A stretch of 64,000 nucleotides of DNA, from contig CAWHHI010000016.1 in NCBI GenBank assembly GCA_963829055.1, positions 640,001-704,000 on the forward strand. Direction: 5' to 3'. This DNA is from an uncultured Gemmatimonadaceae bacterium (GTDB lineage: Bacteria; Gemmatimonadota; Gemmatimonadetes; Gemmatimonadales; Gemmatimonadaceae). A model generated the notes under the pieces. The model did not search any database, was not told the origin of the DNA, and was given only the letters and a program-made list of their open reading frames with translations. The translations under genes were made by a program, and so were the position numbers. Positions 42,190-52,456 of this stretch are shown here, one piece after another. Every line of letters begins with the position of its first letter. The stretch's first letter is position 1.

Positions 42190-42737
42190 GCCACGTCCTC
42201 GCGCCTGACGAGGACCACGCTGTCCTCGCCATCCAGGTCCGAGACGAGCACGTCGACGCGGTCCTTCGCGGCGACGTCTACGCGCTTGCCGACGATGTCG
42301 GCGTGGATCGGCAGCTCGCGCCCGCCTCGATCGACGAGCACGGCAAGCGCGATGCGAGCCGGCCGGCCGAAGTCCGCGAGCTCGTCCAGCGCGGCACGTA
42401 CAGTGCGACCCGTGTGCAGAACGTCGTCGACGATCACGACGCGCCTGCCATTCAGGTCCCAGGGCAGCTTTGTCGGCCCGACCACCGGGCGCGGGCCGAC
42501 GGTCTGCAGGTCATCGCGGTAGAGCGTGATATCGAGCGACCCGCGCGGAACCTTCACCTGCTCGCGTTCGTCGAGGACGTCCGCAATGCGGTCGGCCAGC
42601 TGCACGCCGCGTCGCTGGATACCAACGAGGATCAGGTTGTCTGTTCCGTCGAACAGCTCGACGATCTCGTCGGCCATCCGGCGGAGGGTACGTGCGACGG
42701 CGCGAGCGTCGAGCACGGTCGTGGACTTGTCGGCCAT
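42186..42737 (-). CDS. pyrR: Bifunctional PyrR / uracil phosphoribosyltransferase
   Basis: [19 protein letters not shown] and DRGGRELPI motifs. Confidence 0.96.
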   Translation of the reverse strand: MADKSTTVLDARAVARTLRRMADEIVELFDGTDNLILVGIQRRGVQLADRIADVLDEREQVKVPRGSLDITLYRDDLQTVGPRPVVGPTKLPWDLNGRRVVIVDDVLHTGRTVRAALDELADFGRPARIALAVLVDRGGRELPIHADIVGKRVDVAAKDRVDVLVSDLDGEDSVVLVRREDVA

Positions 42738-42846
42738 GGGGGGCCAATATGGGCAGGGCGCGCCGCAAATTGAAGCGGCGCGCCCGGGTATCTCACTCAC
42801 GTGTGCGTTCGAGCGTCCGGTTTGCGCCCCGGTATCGGGCTCGCGA

Positions 42847-43668
42847 CTAGCGGCGCCCGCCCTTCTCGGCCGCGTGCGACATGGGCCGCAGATACGGGTT
42901 CGGCACGTTCAAGCGCGTCGCGGGATCACTGCCGCGAAGTCGCGCCGCGAGTGCCCTTCCCGGGCGCTCGGGCCCGCCGTCCGCGTGAATGACTCGCAAC
43001 TGTATCTCTCGATCAATACCTGGGCGCGAGCGGCCCCCAGCCGGGGACTCGTCGCTCAACGTGGTCGAGCTCTGGCCATCCTCGCGAGCGACGACGCGCA
43101 CCAACTCGAGATCCGCGAAGCGCGCGAGCGCCACGTTCCTGCGGTCGCCGAATTCCGCCGTCGATTCGGCGTGCTTGTTTCGCCTGATCGCGGCGATCAC
43201 CATGGCCGTCGTTCGCATGAGCATGACGACACCCGCATACGCCGCGACATCGGCGACGTTCAGCACGATGCCCGCACCGTCGGCACGCTGCACCGCGATG
43301 AAATCGACCACGCCAGCCGGGGACAGTAGCAGACTCACGAGATTGCCGATCGCGCCGCCGGCAATCAGGCCTAACGCGGCGGACGACCGATCGTCGATGC
43401 GGGCCAGATCCCGCGCGACCGGGATGATCAGCAGCAGCGCCCCGAGCGTGAGCGCGAGGCTGACCTCGAAGGTGTAGTTGCCGAGGGTGAGTCCAAAAGC
43501 CCCTTTGTCATTGTGGACGACGCCGAAGCGCACGAGGCTCGAAACACTCGGTTCGAGAGTGCCGACCCACAGCAGTGCGACCTGCTTGGTCATGAGGTCC
43601 CCGAGCGCAACGAGCGTCGCGACACGAGCGAGCGGTATCAACGGCGAGCGGCGCGGCAGTCCCTGCAT
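42847..43668 (-). CDS. Signal peptidase II-like protein with a long C-terminal extension
   Basis: DLMTK, HNDKGAFG, GGAIGN, VVDFI and NVAD motifs. Confidence 0.75.
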   Translation of the reverse strand: MQGLPRRSPLIPLARVATLVALGDLMTKQVALLWVGTLEPSVSSLVRFGVVHNDKGAFGLTLGNYTFEVSLALTLGALLLIIPVARDLARIDDRSSAALGLIAGGAIGNLVSLLLSPAGVVDFIAVQRADGAGIVLNVADVAAYAGVVMLMRTTAMVIAAIRRNKHAESTAEFGDRRNVALARFADLELVRVVAREDGQSSTTLSDESPAGGRSRPGIDREIQLRVIHADGGPERPGRALAARLRGSDPATRLNVPNPYLRPMSHAAEKGGRR

Positions 43669-43846
43669 CGATCCCCCGGTGCGGTGAGCGGTTCCGCCGG
43701 CAGAGGGGCACCTCTCATGCCAGCCCCGGCCGTAGCTAATCGCCGGCGCAGCGCTGGCTTACAGCCGGTCCTACGGTCTAACGTGGCGCGTTCGCCACAG
43801 GATCAAGGGCTCGGTTGCATCACGCGGTCGACGTGACCGCGGGCAC

Positions 43847-45004
43847 CTAACCGCCGTGCCGTGTCGCTCGCGCGAGCTGTCGGGCGGCGTGCTGCTCGCG
43901 GAAATCGTCGAGCTCCTCACCGCCGAACATCCCGTCGGCGATCGCCGCGACCTCCTCGGCCTCCCGCCATGCGCGTTCGAGCTCGAGTAGCTCGCCCGCA
44001 AGCGCGCGCCGCTCCGTGTCCTCGTTGGCGGCCATCTCGAGTGCCAGCCGGTCGACGAGCGGGAGCCGCAACATCAGCGTGCTCGGCTCGCTCGTGATCG
44101 ATCCGCGTCCCCAGAACGAGCGATTCGTGATGTGCAGTGCCAGGCGTTCAGCGGCGGATGACGTGGGCGCCACCGGCGCGGAGCTCAGTGGCGCGTCGGG
44201 GTATCGACCCCAGCCCGTCCGCATCGCCAGCGCGACGATCCGGGAGAAGTAGCCCTGAACGTCCTCCGCATCCTCGATCTTGGCGGTGGCACGACGGACA
44301 TCATCCGGCAGCGCGCCGGCGGCGTTCAAGGCCGACAGCACCTTGCCCGCGGTGCGCAGCCCGTCATCGCCGGTGACGGTCGTTAGGCCGCCGTCGTGCT
44401 TCACGATCAGCCGCCACGGCTCGTGCGGGTCGGGGCGAATCAGTTCCGCCGCGTCGAGGTGGCCCCACCGGATGACCGAGCGGTTTCCCTGCGCATCGGT
44501 GAGCACATCGAGCACGCGATCGCGATGCCGATACAAACGAAGCCGCGTGAGCGGCTCATCGGCGAAGATGCTTGGCGTGTCGTCGCGGGTAATGCGGCTG
44601 ATCGTGTCGTTCGCTGCACGAATCCCGCGGCGCACGAGGCCGGTTGCGATCCCAAGAATGCGACCGGACCCACGGCGCTGGATGACGTCCCCATACCGCC
44701 ACGCGGCGACTTCCGGACGCAACGCCTTGCCGATGCGGACGAGCTCGAGCCCCTCGCGAAGCTGCGCGAGGCCGATGTTGTCGGTGGAGTAGCGGAGGTG
44801 CGTCGCGCGAAAGCGACGCTCACAGTCGTCGATCGCTTCCCAGCGTTCCTCGATCGGCGAGAGGTTCCAGCGCGTGCACTGCCCGCAGATCACCCAGAGG
44901 CGGCCCTGTTCCGGGTCGAAGGCGAGTCGCCGCCCGACCGGAAACAGTTCGACCACGTCGTTCGTGCCGAGTGACTCGTTGCAGAACAGGCAGGTCGTGT
45001 ACAT
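43847..45004 (-). CDS. Hypothetical protein with N-terminal CxxC...CxxC Zn-binding region
   Basis: MYTTCLFC...LWVICGQCTRWNL; C-terminal RLALEMA...AWREAEEVAAIAD helix. Confidence 0.8.
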   Translation of the reverse strand: MYTTCLFCNESLGTNDVVELFPVGRRLAFDPEQGRLWVICGQCTRWNLSPIEERWEAIDDCERRFRATHLRYSTDNIGLAQLREGLELVRIGKALRPEVAAWRYGDVIQRRGSGRILGIATGLVRRGIRAANDTISRITRDDTPSIFADEPLTRLRLYRHRDRVLDVLTDAQGNRSVIRWGHLDAAELIRPDPHEPWRLIVKHDGGLTTVTGDDGLRTAGKVLSALNAAGALPDDVRRATAKIEDAEDVQGYFSRIVALAMRTGWGRYPDAPLSSAPVAPTSSAAERLALHITNRSFWGRGSITSEPSTLMLRLPLVDRLALEMAANEDTERRALAGELLELERAWREAEEVAAIADGMFGGEELDDFREQHAARQLARATRHGG

Positions 45005-45201
45005 GACAACCGGCGAGAGGCGCGAGAACAGCGGCGGGCCGCTTCGACCGCGGTGCGATCGACGACAGCCGTATTATACGCGCGCGTCCGTCGAGCCGCC
45101 CATACCAATGTGGTGGTCATGCAGTGAGCGGTAGGCGGCAGTGCCAGCGGCGTGACAGGACGTCCAATGGCGCGTCGAATGCATGGACGACGCCGTACCA
45201 A

Positions 45202-46094
45202 ATGAGGAGACCCTCACGTCGGACCATCGGCAGCCCTGCTTCGCTGTATCGCCACTTTCGCGGTCCCGTGCTCGGGACTTATGATCCTGTCGGACGCGAC
45301 ACCCGCACCGGCTGTCGCCACGCACTCCTCCTCGAGAACCTTGCACAGCCGATCCGACGCCTTCGCGCGAGGCGCCGTTGTACTGCTTCCGGCGTTGGAC
45401 TCACGCTGGTTCGAGGGACGGAGTCGACCGATCGTGCTGCTGGTCGCGTTCGCGGTCGTGGCAATCATCGCGTTGCTCGTGGCGAGCGCGGCGCACCTCA
45501 ATGGTCAGCGCCAGCGGCCGCGCAAAGCGACTCGACGACGAAGAGTTGTTCATCACGACGCCACTCCCGATGTCGAAGGAGGAGATGGCGCGCCTCGCGC
45601 GGCAATCACCGCACTATGCGTTCACCGGTTTGAAGCTTCCGCGCTGGGTTCAGGCGGGATCACTCCTCGCCGCTCTCGCTATCACGTGGATGGTGGCGCA
45701 ACGCATCCAGCCGGGCGATGGGAGCGGCAACACCGACACCGGCCGGTCACCCGCAACGGCGGACGACGCCGCCGGTCGCACACCCAATGACGTCAGCGAC
45801 TCACCAGAAGATCTGGATCTCGCTCCGGACTCGAGCCCCGCGTTCGCGTTTCGTGTGCGTAACTGGGTCGCACGTGGTGCGGGCTGCGCCGGTTTGCTCG
45901 AGGTCACGAAGGGTGAGCCGCGCGCGTGGAATCTCACGGCGCGCGTTCACGATGGTCGGGGCCAGCTGATGGACACGGCCCGCGCGCGCGTGGCGGCGCT
46001 GCGTAAAGGGGATGTGGTCGAATTCACGTTCCCGAAGGCGGACTGTGACCGCATAGGCGCCTGGGAAGTGCGCGGCGCACCGCGCGATCCGTAG
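45202..46094 (+). CDS. Hypothetical membrane protein, probably frameshifted near 45230 and 45490
   Basis: TM segment in the 45281 frame; second TM and beta-rich C-terminal domain in the 45378 frame; start uncertain. Confidence 0.45.
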
Positions 46095-46164
46095 CCGTCC
46101 CTCCACGCGTTAGGCGCTGCGATCGCGCAGCACCACGCGTCGCGGATAGTCGGGGCCGCATCGA

Positions 46165-48876
46165 TCAACGGCGCGTCAACACCGCGCGCCAATCGAATAC
46201 GAGCACGATCGGGACGGAACGCGAGGCACCACGGCTACTGATGAGAAATCGATTCCCGTCCGCTGCTGACATCGTAATGGTTCAGCGACTCGGGCGGGTT
46301 GACGGTCGCCACGTTCACGTGCGTCTGAAAGAGTACGCGCGGTGGGAATGCCTGAAGCCGCTGTCAGTCGCGACGGGCGCCACCATGAGCTTCCCGTCGG
46401 GGGCGAGGTAGAACAGTTCCCCTCCATGCCGATTCCAGATCGGCTGAAAGCCGCCCCCGCTCGAGACCCTAAAGGCGCCACTGGCCTTCGGGAAGCGTTG
46501 CACAAAGACCTCGTACTGCCCAAGCTCGTTCGATGTGTAGGCGATCCAGCGGCCATCCGGGGAGACGCGCCCGAACCACTGGTCGAACGGTCCCTCGCTG
46601 ATGGCGTCTGTCGTGTCCAGTTGCGCGCACCGCCTTTATGTCGACGTTGCTCGACGCGCTCAGGTCGTCGTACACGATGAACCGCCCATCGGGCGACCAG
46701 TCGCGTACCAGCTTCGCGGACAACGAGCCCAGGAGCTTTACGGGCTCGGAACCGCCGCTCGCCGCCTGGCGGTAAAGGTCGAACGCGCCGGCACGATCGG
46801 ACGAGAACGCAATGCTGTCCCCGCGTGGCGACCACGTCGGCGAGAAGTCACTGGCCACGCTACCGAACGTGAGCTGCTGAGAAGAGCCGGCCGCGAGGTC
46901 GTGGATCCAGAGATTCCGCGCCTCCGTCAGCTCGTTCGTGCGAGAGACGGCCAGTTGGCTGTCGTTAGGTGACAGGCGCAGGTTGAGGTAGTTGGCGGGC
47001 TCGCCGATGCGGCCTTGCTCCGTGCCGGACCTGTCGACCCACACCAGCGCTGTCTTATCGATGCCGCCGGATCGATATGCAAGTAGCCCGCTGCGAGTCA
47101 CGCTGAAGCTTGCGAGCGCTGTGAACGACGGGTCGAACCACACGTGGTCGGCGACCTCCACCGGTTCGCCCGAGAGCTGCCGGGTCCGCGCGTCGAACGG
47201 ATGGGCGACCAAGCTTTCACCTCGCCTGTAGATCAGGTACCCAGGCGGTGCGTACACGGCGAGCGATTTGACGGCGAGCAATTGTTTCGGTTTGTCGCCG
47301 GATGCCAACGAGACGACGTAGAGCCCTGTGAGAGCGCTGTTAACGCCGTTGCGGCTGAAGTACAGCACGTGCTGTCCGTCTGGAAGGAAATGGGGGTAGC
47401 GGTGAGAGTTCTCACCCGCGGCCGAATCGAGACGCGTCACTGGCATCGGCGGGCCGCCACGCGCGGGCACGCGGGAGAGCCCCATCGAGGACGCCGCGAA
47501 CACGATTGTGCCATCGCTGTTCCACGTGCCGCCCCGCGAATTGCTCACCGGACACAAGTCGACGACCGGGCCTCCCCCCACCGGGATCCGCTTCAGTTTC
47601 CCATCAGCGAAGAATCCAATGGAGCGACTGTCGGGCGACCAGAATGGATACGTCGCACCGATGGTACCCTCCAGCTTTTTCGGCTCCTCAGCGTCGAGGC
47701 GACGAACCCAGGAGATGAGTCGGGCCGTCCGCGTCGGCGGCGAGGAGGACGAGACGTTCACCGTCCGGCGAGACGACGACCGACTGCAGCACGCTACCAG
47801 CCGGTGGCTCGACCGAGACGATGCGTCGCTCGCCCGACGACCGCGCGAACCGCGGACTCAGTGCCTGCCAAACGACGACCGTCAGCAGCGCGGCGACGAG
47901 TATCCACGGGACACGTCGGGCCCCGTGGACGAGCCAACGTCGCCAGCGCGCCTTCATGTCCGCGCGTGCGGCCGGCAATCGCGGAAGCGAATCCACGCCG
48001 CGGGCGGGTATGCCCGGGGTACCACCTGGCTGCGTGAGCTCGGCTAGCGCTTCGCCCAGCTCGATGCGGGCGTCCCCGATGTCCCGTAGGCGTTGGTGCG
48101 GATCCTTGCGCAGACAACGCCTAACGAGTGCCAGAATCGAGGGCGGGACGTCTGCCGGGAGCCAGGACCAGTCCGGGTCACGCGTCAGAATCGCGCCGAT
48201 GGTTCCCGCGGCCGTATCGCGATCGAACGGTCGCGACCCGGATAGCGTCTCGAATAGCAGACACCCGAACGACCGAGATGTCCGTGCGCTTGTCTACGCG
48301 ATCCCCGCTCGCCTGCTCGGGACTCATATAACTCACAGTCCCCATCAAGACGCCGACCGTGCTCATGTCCGCGCTGCCGACGGCGCCCGTCAGTTTGCCC
48401 GGTGGGCGGAGCGTGGCGATGCCGAAGTCGAGCACCTTTGCTTGCCCGACGGCGGTAAGCATCACGTTCGCCGGCTTCAGGTCGCGGTGGACAACACCCT
48501 TCTCGTGCGCAGCCTCGAGCGCCGCCGCCACATCCTGACACACCTTCAGTGCCGCCGCGACCGGCAGCGCTCCACCCGCCAGCCGACGCTCGAGCGTGTC
48601 GCCCTCGACGAACTCGAGGACAAGGAAGCGAACCCCGTCGGCTTCCTCCAAACTGTGAATGCTCGCGACGTTCGGATGGTTGAGCGCGGCCATGAGTCGC
48701 GCCTCCTTCTCGAGTCGGTCGAGGCGTCCCGGATCCTCGCCTGCCTCATCGAGCAGGAGCTTGATGGCAACGTCACGCCGGAGACGGTTGTCGCGCGCGC
48801 GGTATACCTGGCCCATCCCCCCGGCGCCGAGTCGGCCAACGACCTCGTATCTGCCTAACGAGCGGCCGATGTCCAA
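46165..48876 (-). pseudogene. Ser/Thr protein kinase with TolB-like (PD40) beta-propeller, multiple frameshifts (pseudogene or assembly error)
   Basis: GAGGMGQVY, VAIK, HRDLKPAN, DFG and YMSPEQ motifs, then WSPD repeats in several frames; ends VFDW...TGA 46165. Confidence 0.8.
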
Positions 48877-48916
48877 AACTGACCTCCGAGATAGGGCGCG
48901 TGGGCTAGACGAGAGG

Positions 48917-49804
48917 TCACTGGATGGACGCGGGCGCGTGCGGAAGCTTCGCGTACTGTTCGACGTCGTGCTGGATCCAGAGTGTCGCGCCGGTGCGGGT
49001 GAGGAACGCCTCGATCTGGTCCATCGACCGGAGTGTCATCTCGCGGTCGAAGTTGGATAGGGGCATGCGACGGAGACGCCGATTCTTCGCGAAGTGATAC
49101 AGATCTCCTGAGAGCACTACCGGTCCGGTCTTCGGCAGCCGGATGAACAGGACCTGGTGTCCGGGAGTATGTCCTGGCGCGGGCATGATCACGACAGAAC
49201 TATCGCCGAACACGTCGTACGCGCCGTCGAGCATGATGGTCTTGCTCGACTGGAGCTTCTCGTAGTACCGACCCCACGACGACGCGAGGACTGAGTCGCT
49301 AAAGGCTGCTTGATGCTCCGCTTTCTGGATCAATAGCGTCGAACCGGCGAACAGATTCGCGTTCCCGACATGGTCGAAATCCATGTGTGACAGCGCGAGA
49401 TAGGTGGCGTCGGACGGCCGGAACCCGATCTCCGCGAGTTGCGAAGCGAGCGTCTTCCTGACGCGAAACCGTATGTTGCCGTTCAACGGCGCCCATCCGT
49501 CAGGCAGCCGCACCAGCGAGTCAGGGAGACCCGCGTCCCAAACAAGCGTGCCTCGCGGATGGCTGATCAGGTAGCATGGGTCGACGAATGCCTGTGACAC
49601 GCCCTTGTCGAACCCCGACGAGAAGCCGGAGACGTCCCTGATCTCACCGTACCCACAGTCGAAGATCTGGACGTGTAAATCGCGCGCGGCGCGCGGAGCC
49701 GGCGGCTGCGGAACGTCGTGCACACCAAGTGTGGTCACGACGATGGCGGCCGTCAGGAAACTCGAAGCGGCGCGTTGGGGGAGAAACCGGCGACCTGGCA
49801 ACAT
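48917..49804 (-). CDS. N-acyl-homoserine lactonase (AiiA)-family MBL hydrolase
   Basis: YLISHPRG, WDAG, SHMDFDHVG, DVFGD, PGHTPGH, LSGD and WIQHD motifs. Confidence 0.82.
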   Translation of the reverse strand: MLPGRRFLPQRAASSFLTAAIVVTTLGVHDVPQPPAPRAARDLHVQIFDCGYGEIRDVSGFSSGFDKGVSQAFVDPCYLISHPRGTLVWDAGLPDSLVRLPDGWAPLNGNIRFRVRKTLASQLAEIGFRPSDATYLALSHMDFDHVGNANLFAGSTLLIQKAEHQAAFSDSVLASSWGRYYEKLQSSKTIMLDGAYDVFGDSSVVIMPAPGHTPGHQVLFIRLPKTGPVVLSGDLYHFAKNRRLRRMPLSNFDREMTLRSMDQIEAFLTRTGATLWIQHDVEQYAKLPHAPASIQ

Positions 49805-49982
49805 TGCCGCCTCGCTGCGAGGTATGCGCTCATCGGGCGCCGGCGTCGGCGGCTGTCCAATCGAATCGGAACGACACACCCAACTTCGGTGCGGAGAATG
49901 GAGTGAGTCAAGCTCGCCCGCAGCTCACTTTCGAATGCTCGAGCCGGCCTACCAAGGAACGTCAGCGAACGTCGACCGGCGC

Positions 49983-50430
49983 CTAACGCGGCACGGTCCC
50001 GCGCGCCACGAAGAGAACATCGCCGCGCTTCGCCGCCGTGATCGCCGCCGCCGCGACGCAGGCATACTGGAACTCCTCAGCCGTGCCCATCTCGCGTTCG
50101 GTCGCCTCGAACCCGACGTCGCGTAGAAACACACGCACCCATTCGAGTAACTCTGCCCGGTCGAAGACGCCCTGCATCAGCGACAGGTCGATCATGAGCC
50201 CGCCGTCGCAGACCGCCGTCTCCGCGGCGTTGTGGTCGCCACCACGCACGGCCGGCAGCAGCCGGTGCGAATGGGCAAAGTCAAACCCTACTGAAAGCCG
50301 CGCACGATGGGCCGTCGACCTTAATGCCGCTCCGACCGGCTGTCGAAAGCAACGCGCCTCGGCGCCGCACGACGCCCAATGTCGCAGCGCCTCGTAGGCG
50401 CACCCGATCCTTAGGCGATCGCCTTCATCG
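49983..50430 (-). pseudogene. Remnant of an FAD-binding oxidoreductase joined to unrelated sequence
   Basis: AVRGGDHNAAETAVCDGGLMIDLSLMQGV resembles the FAD_binding_4 RGGGH...IDLS segment; the rest of the domain is missing. Confidence 0.6.
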
Positions 50431-50648
50431 CCGTGATACGCACGGCTCCGCACGCAAGGACGAGGACGCCATCGCGGATCGCCGACGCGGGCGCGCCGCG
50501 CTGCGTCGGGCGTGGCGCAGTCCCTACCGGTTGCCTCGACACGCGCGTGAGCCAAGGCGAGTCGATTTCTCGTTACCGGGTGAAGAGCAATCAGCGCGCA
50601 GTTCCGGTCAAAGGGCTGCGAGTCGACAGCGTGTCACCGGAGGTGTTC

Positions 50649-51263
50649 ATGTCAGGAAGCTCATGGCGTCTCACTCGGTCGTTGGTCGTCAGCGCGGCCA
50701 TACCAGTCGTTCTTAGTGCATGCTCCGACCCATCGTCAACGTCACCGGGTAGCACGACACTCGATACGACGCTGCCGATGCCCATTGCCAGGAGCGGGCG
50801 TGGTGGAGCGACGAGCCGCACGAGTGACACAAACGTTGAACAGCAACTCGCATCGCTGCGCGCGCTGACTGCGAAATTTCATCGATTCGAGGTGGCGCAG
50901 GCGGCGGGGTGGTCGGTGCCGGTTCCACCCTGCCGAGACAATCCACCGCAGGGCGGAATGGGCTGGCACTTCGTGAATGTCGCCTATGTCGACGCGACTG
51001 TCGAAGTTCTCAAGCCGGAAGTGGTCATCTACGAGCCGGAGAAGAACGGCGATCTTCGGCTGGTGGGCGTCGAATACATCATCCCCTTCACCATCCTGCC
51101 GTCGACTGCGAGTCCGCCGTCACTCCTGGGTCAGCAATTCGTCCGCAACTTCGGCGATCAGGTGTGGATGCTCCACGTGTGGGTATGGAGGCACAACCAT
51201 GACGGCATGTTCGCCTCCTGGAACCCGAGCGTGTCCTGTCGGTACGCGGGGGCGCAGCCGTGA
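50649..51263 (+). CDS. Hypothetical lipoprotein with His-containing motifs
   Basis: GGAGG RBS, LSAC lipobox, GGMGWHFVN, PEVVIYEP, LVGVEY and WMLHVW motifs. Confidence 0.78.
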   Translation: MSGSSWRLTRSLVVSAAIPVVLSACSDPSSTSPGSTTLDTTLPMPIARSGRGGATSRTSDTNVEQQLASLRALTAKFHRFEVAQAAGWSVPVPPCRDNPPQGGMGWHFVNVAYVDATVEVLKPEVVIYEPEKNGDLRLVGVEYIIPFTILPSTASPPSLLGQQFVRNFGDQVWMLHVWVWRHNHDGMFASWNPSVSCRYAGAQP

Positions 51264-51338
51264 GCGCGTGAGTGATCAACGTGCCGCACGCCAGACCGTT
51301 CGTCGTCGGATGTTGCCTAACGTGTCGTCGGCCAGCCG

Positions 51339-51587
51339 TCAGGTTGCGTCGGCGCCCACCAGATCGGCAGCGGTCGCCACCACGGCCCGCGTCAGCTCGC
51401 GAAAGAACGGCTCGACTCGTGACTCACACGAGAGGAGCGAGCCGAGCTCCCGGGCGAGCGCGCGGTCCGCATAGCCCACGACGGCGACGCGCGCCGCGCG
51501 AGCGGCGATCGGAATGTTCGTGAGCTCGGCGTACAGTTGCTCCAAACGGTCCCAGTCGATCGGCGGATCGCCGGCGACGCGCGTCAC
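51339..51587 (-). pseudogene. Truncated N-terminus of an ECF-associated Ser/Thr kinase
   Basis: GTGA-coupled to the sigma factor; WDRLEQLY...DRALARELGSLL resembles the N-terminal helical region of these kinases; no kinase domain follows. Confidence 0.6.
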
Positions 51588-52207
51588 GACGCCGGTCCCT
51601 CCGCTAGCTCGCGGTAGAGCCACGCCTGCGCGAGTGCCCAGCCGCGCTTCACCGACGCCGGCGAGATGCCGAGGGCGTCAGCGGTCTCGTGAATCGACAT
51701 GCCGCCAAAGAATCGGCACTCCACGATCCGACTCTGGCGTTCCGACAGTTCGGCGAGTCGTGCGAGCGCCGTGTCGAGGGCCAACATGAGCTCGAGGTCT
51801 TCGTTTGCGGCGAGCGGCGCGGTGCCGACGAGCGCTTCTACCTTGGCGACATCCACAGCCGCTCGACCGCCCCCGCACTTCGCAGTATGTCGTCGTCGCG
51901 CGTGATCGACGAGGATGCTGCGCATCGCCATGGCCGCAACCGCAAGAAAATGGGCGCGATCTCGCCAATCGTTCTCGCGCCCACGTGCGAGCTTCATGTA
52001 CGCCTCGTGCACGAGCGCCGTCGTGTTGAGCGTATCGGCGTCAGCCCAGGCACGCCGTTGAGCCCGCGCGATCCGCTTCAGCTCGTCGTAAACGATCGGG
52101 ACCAGCCGCTGGATTGCTGACGCGTCGCCGCCGCGCATGTCTGCCAGTAGCTGGCCGACGTCAGCCCCTGGACTGTCCGCTGGGAGGAGTGTTCTCGGCC
52201 TGGCCAC
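51584..52207 (-). CDS. ECF-type sigma-70 factor (TIGR02999-like)
   Basis: LVPIVYDELKRIA, TTALVHEAY, AMRSILVDHAR, CRFFGGMS and VKRGW motifs; AGGAG RBS before GTG 52207. Confidence 0.9.
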   Translation of the reverse strand: MARPRTLLPADSPGADVGQLLADMRGGDASAIQRLVPIVYDELKRIARAQRRAWADADTLNTTALVHEAYMKLARGRENDWRDRAHFLAVAAMAMRSILVDHARRRHTAKCGGGRAAVDVAKVEALVGTAPLAANEDLELMLALDTALARLAELSERQSRIVECRFFGGMSIHETADALGISPASVKRGWALAQAWLYRELAEGPAS

Positions 52208-52456
52208 GTCGACGACTCCTTGAGGCGACGAGGGTACGGGTACGAACACACCCTGCGCGCGGGGCTTCGCGGAGTCAACCCCCTCCCTGCCGCTGATCCG
52301 CTCAAAACACCAAGCCGCCAACGAAAGCGGGTCTTCGGTTCTGTCGGCCTCTTCGTCGACCCGCGGTGCCGCCCAGGTCGGTTCCAAGTCCCACATGTCT
52401 ACATGGTCGTCACTCAGCGCGTTAGGCGCGCAGCTCGCCACGTCGGGCGCCTCTCG

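Noticed and set aside
42740..42846. PyrR attenuator upstream of pyrR
   Set aside because: No PyrR-binding loop consensus or U-tailed terminator was seen.
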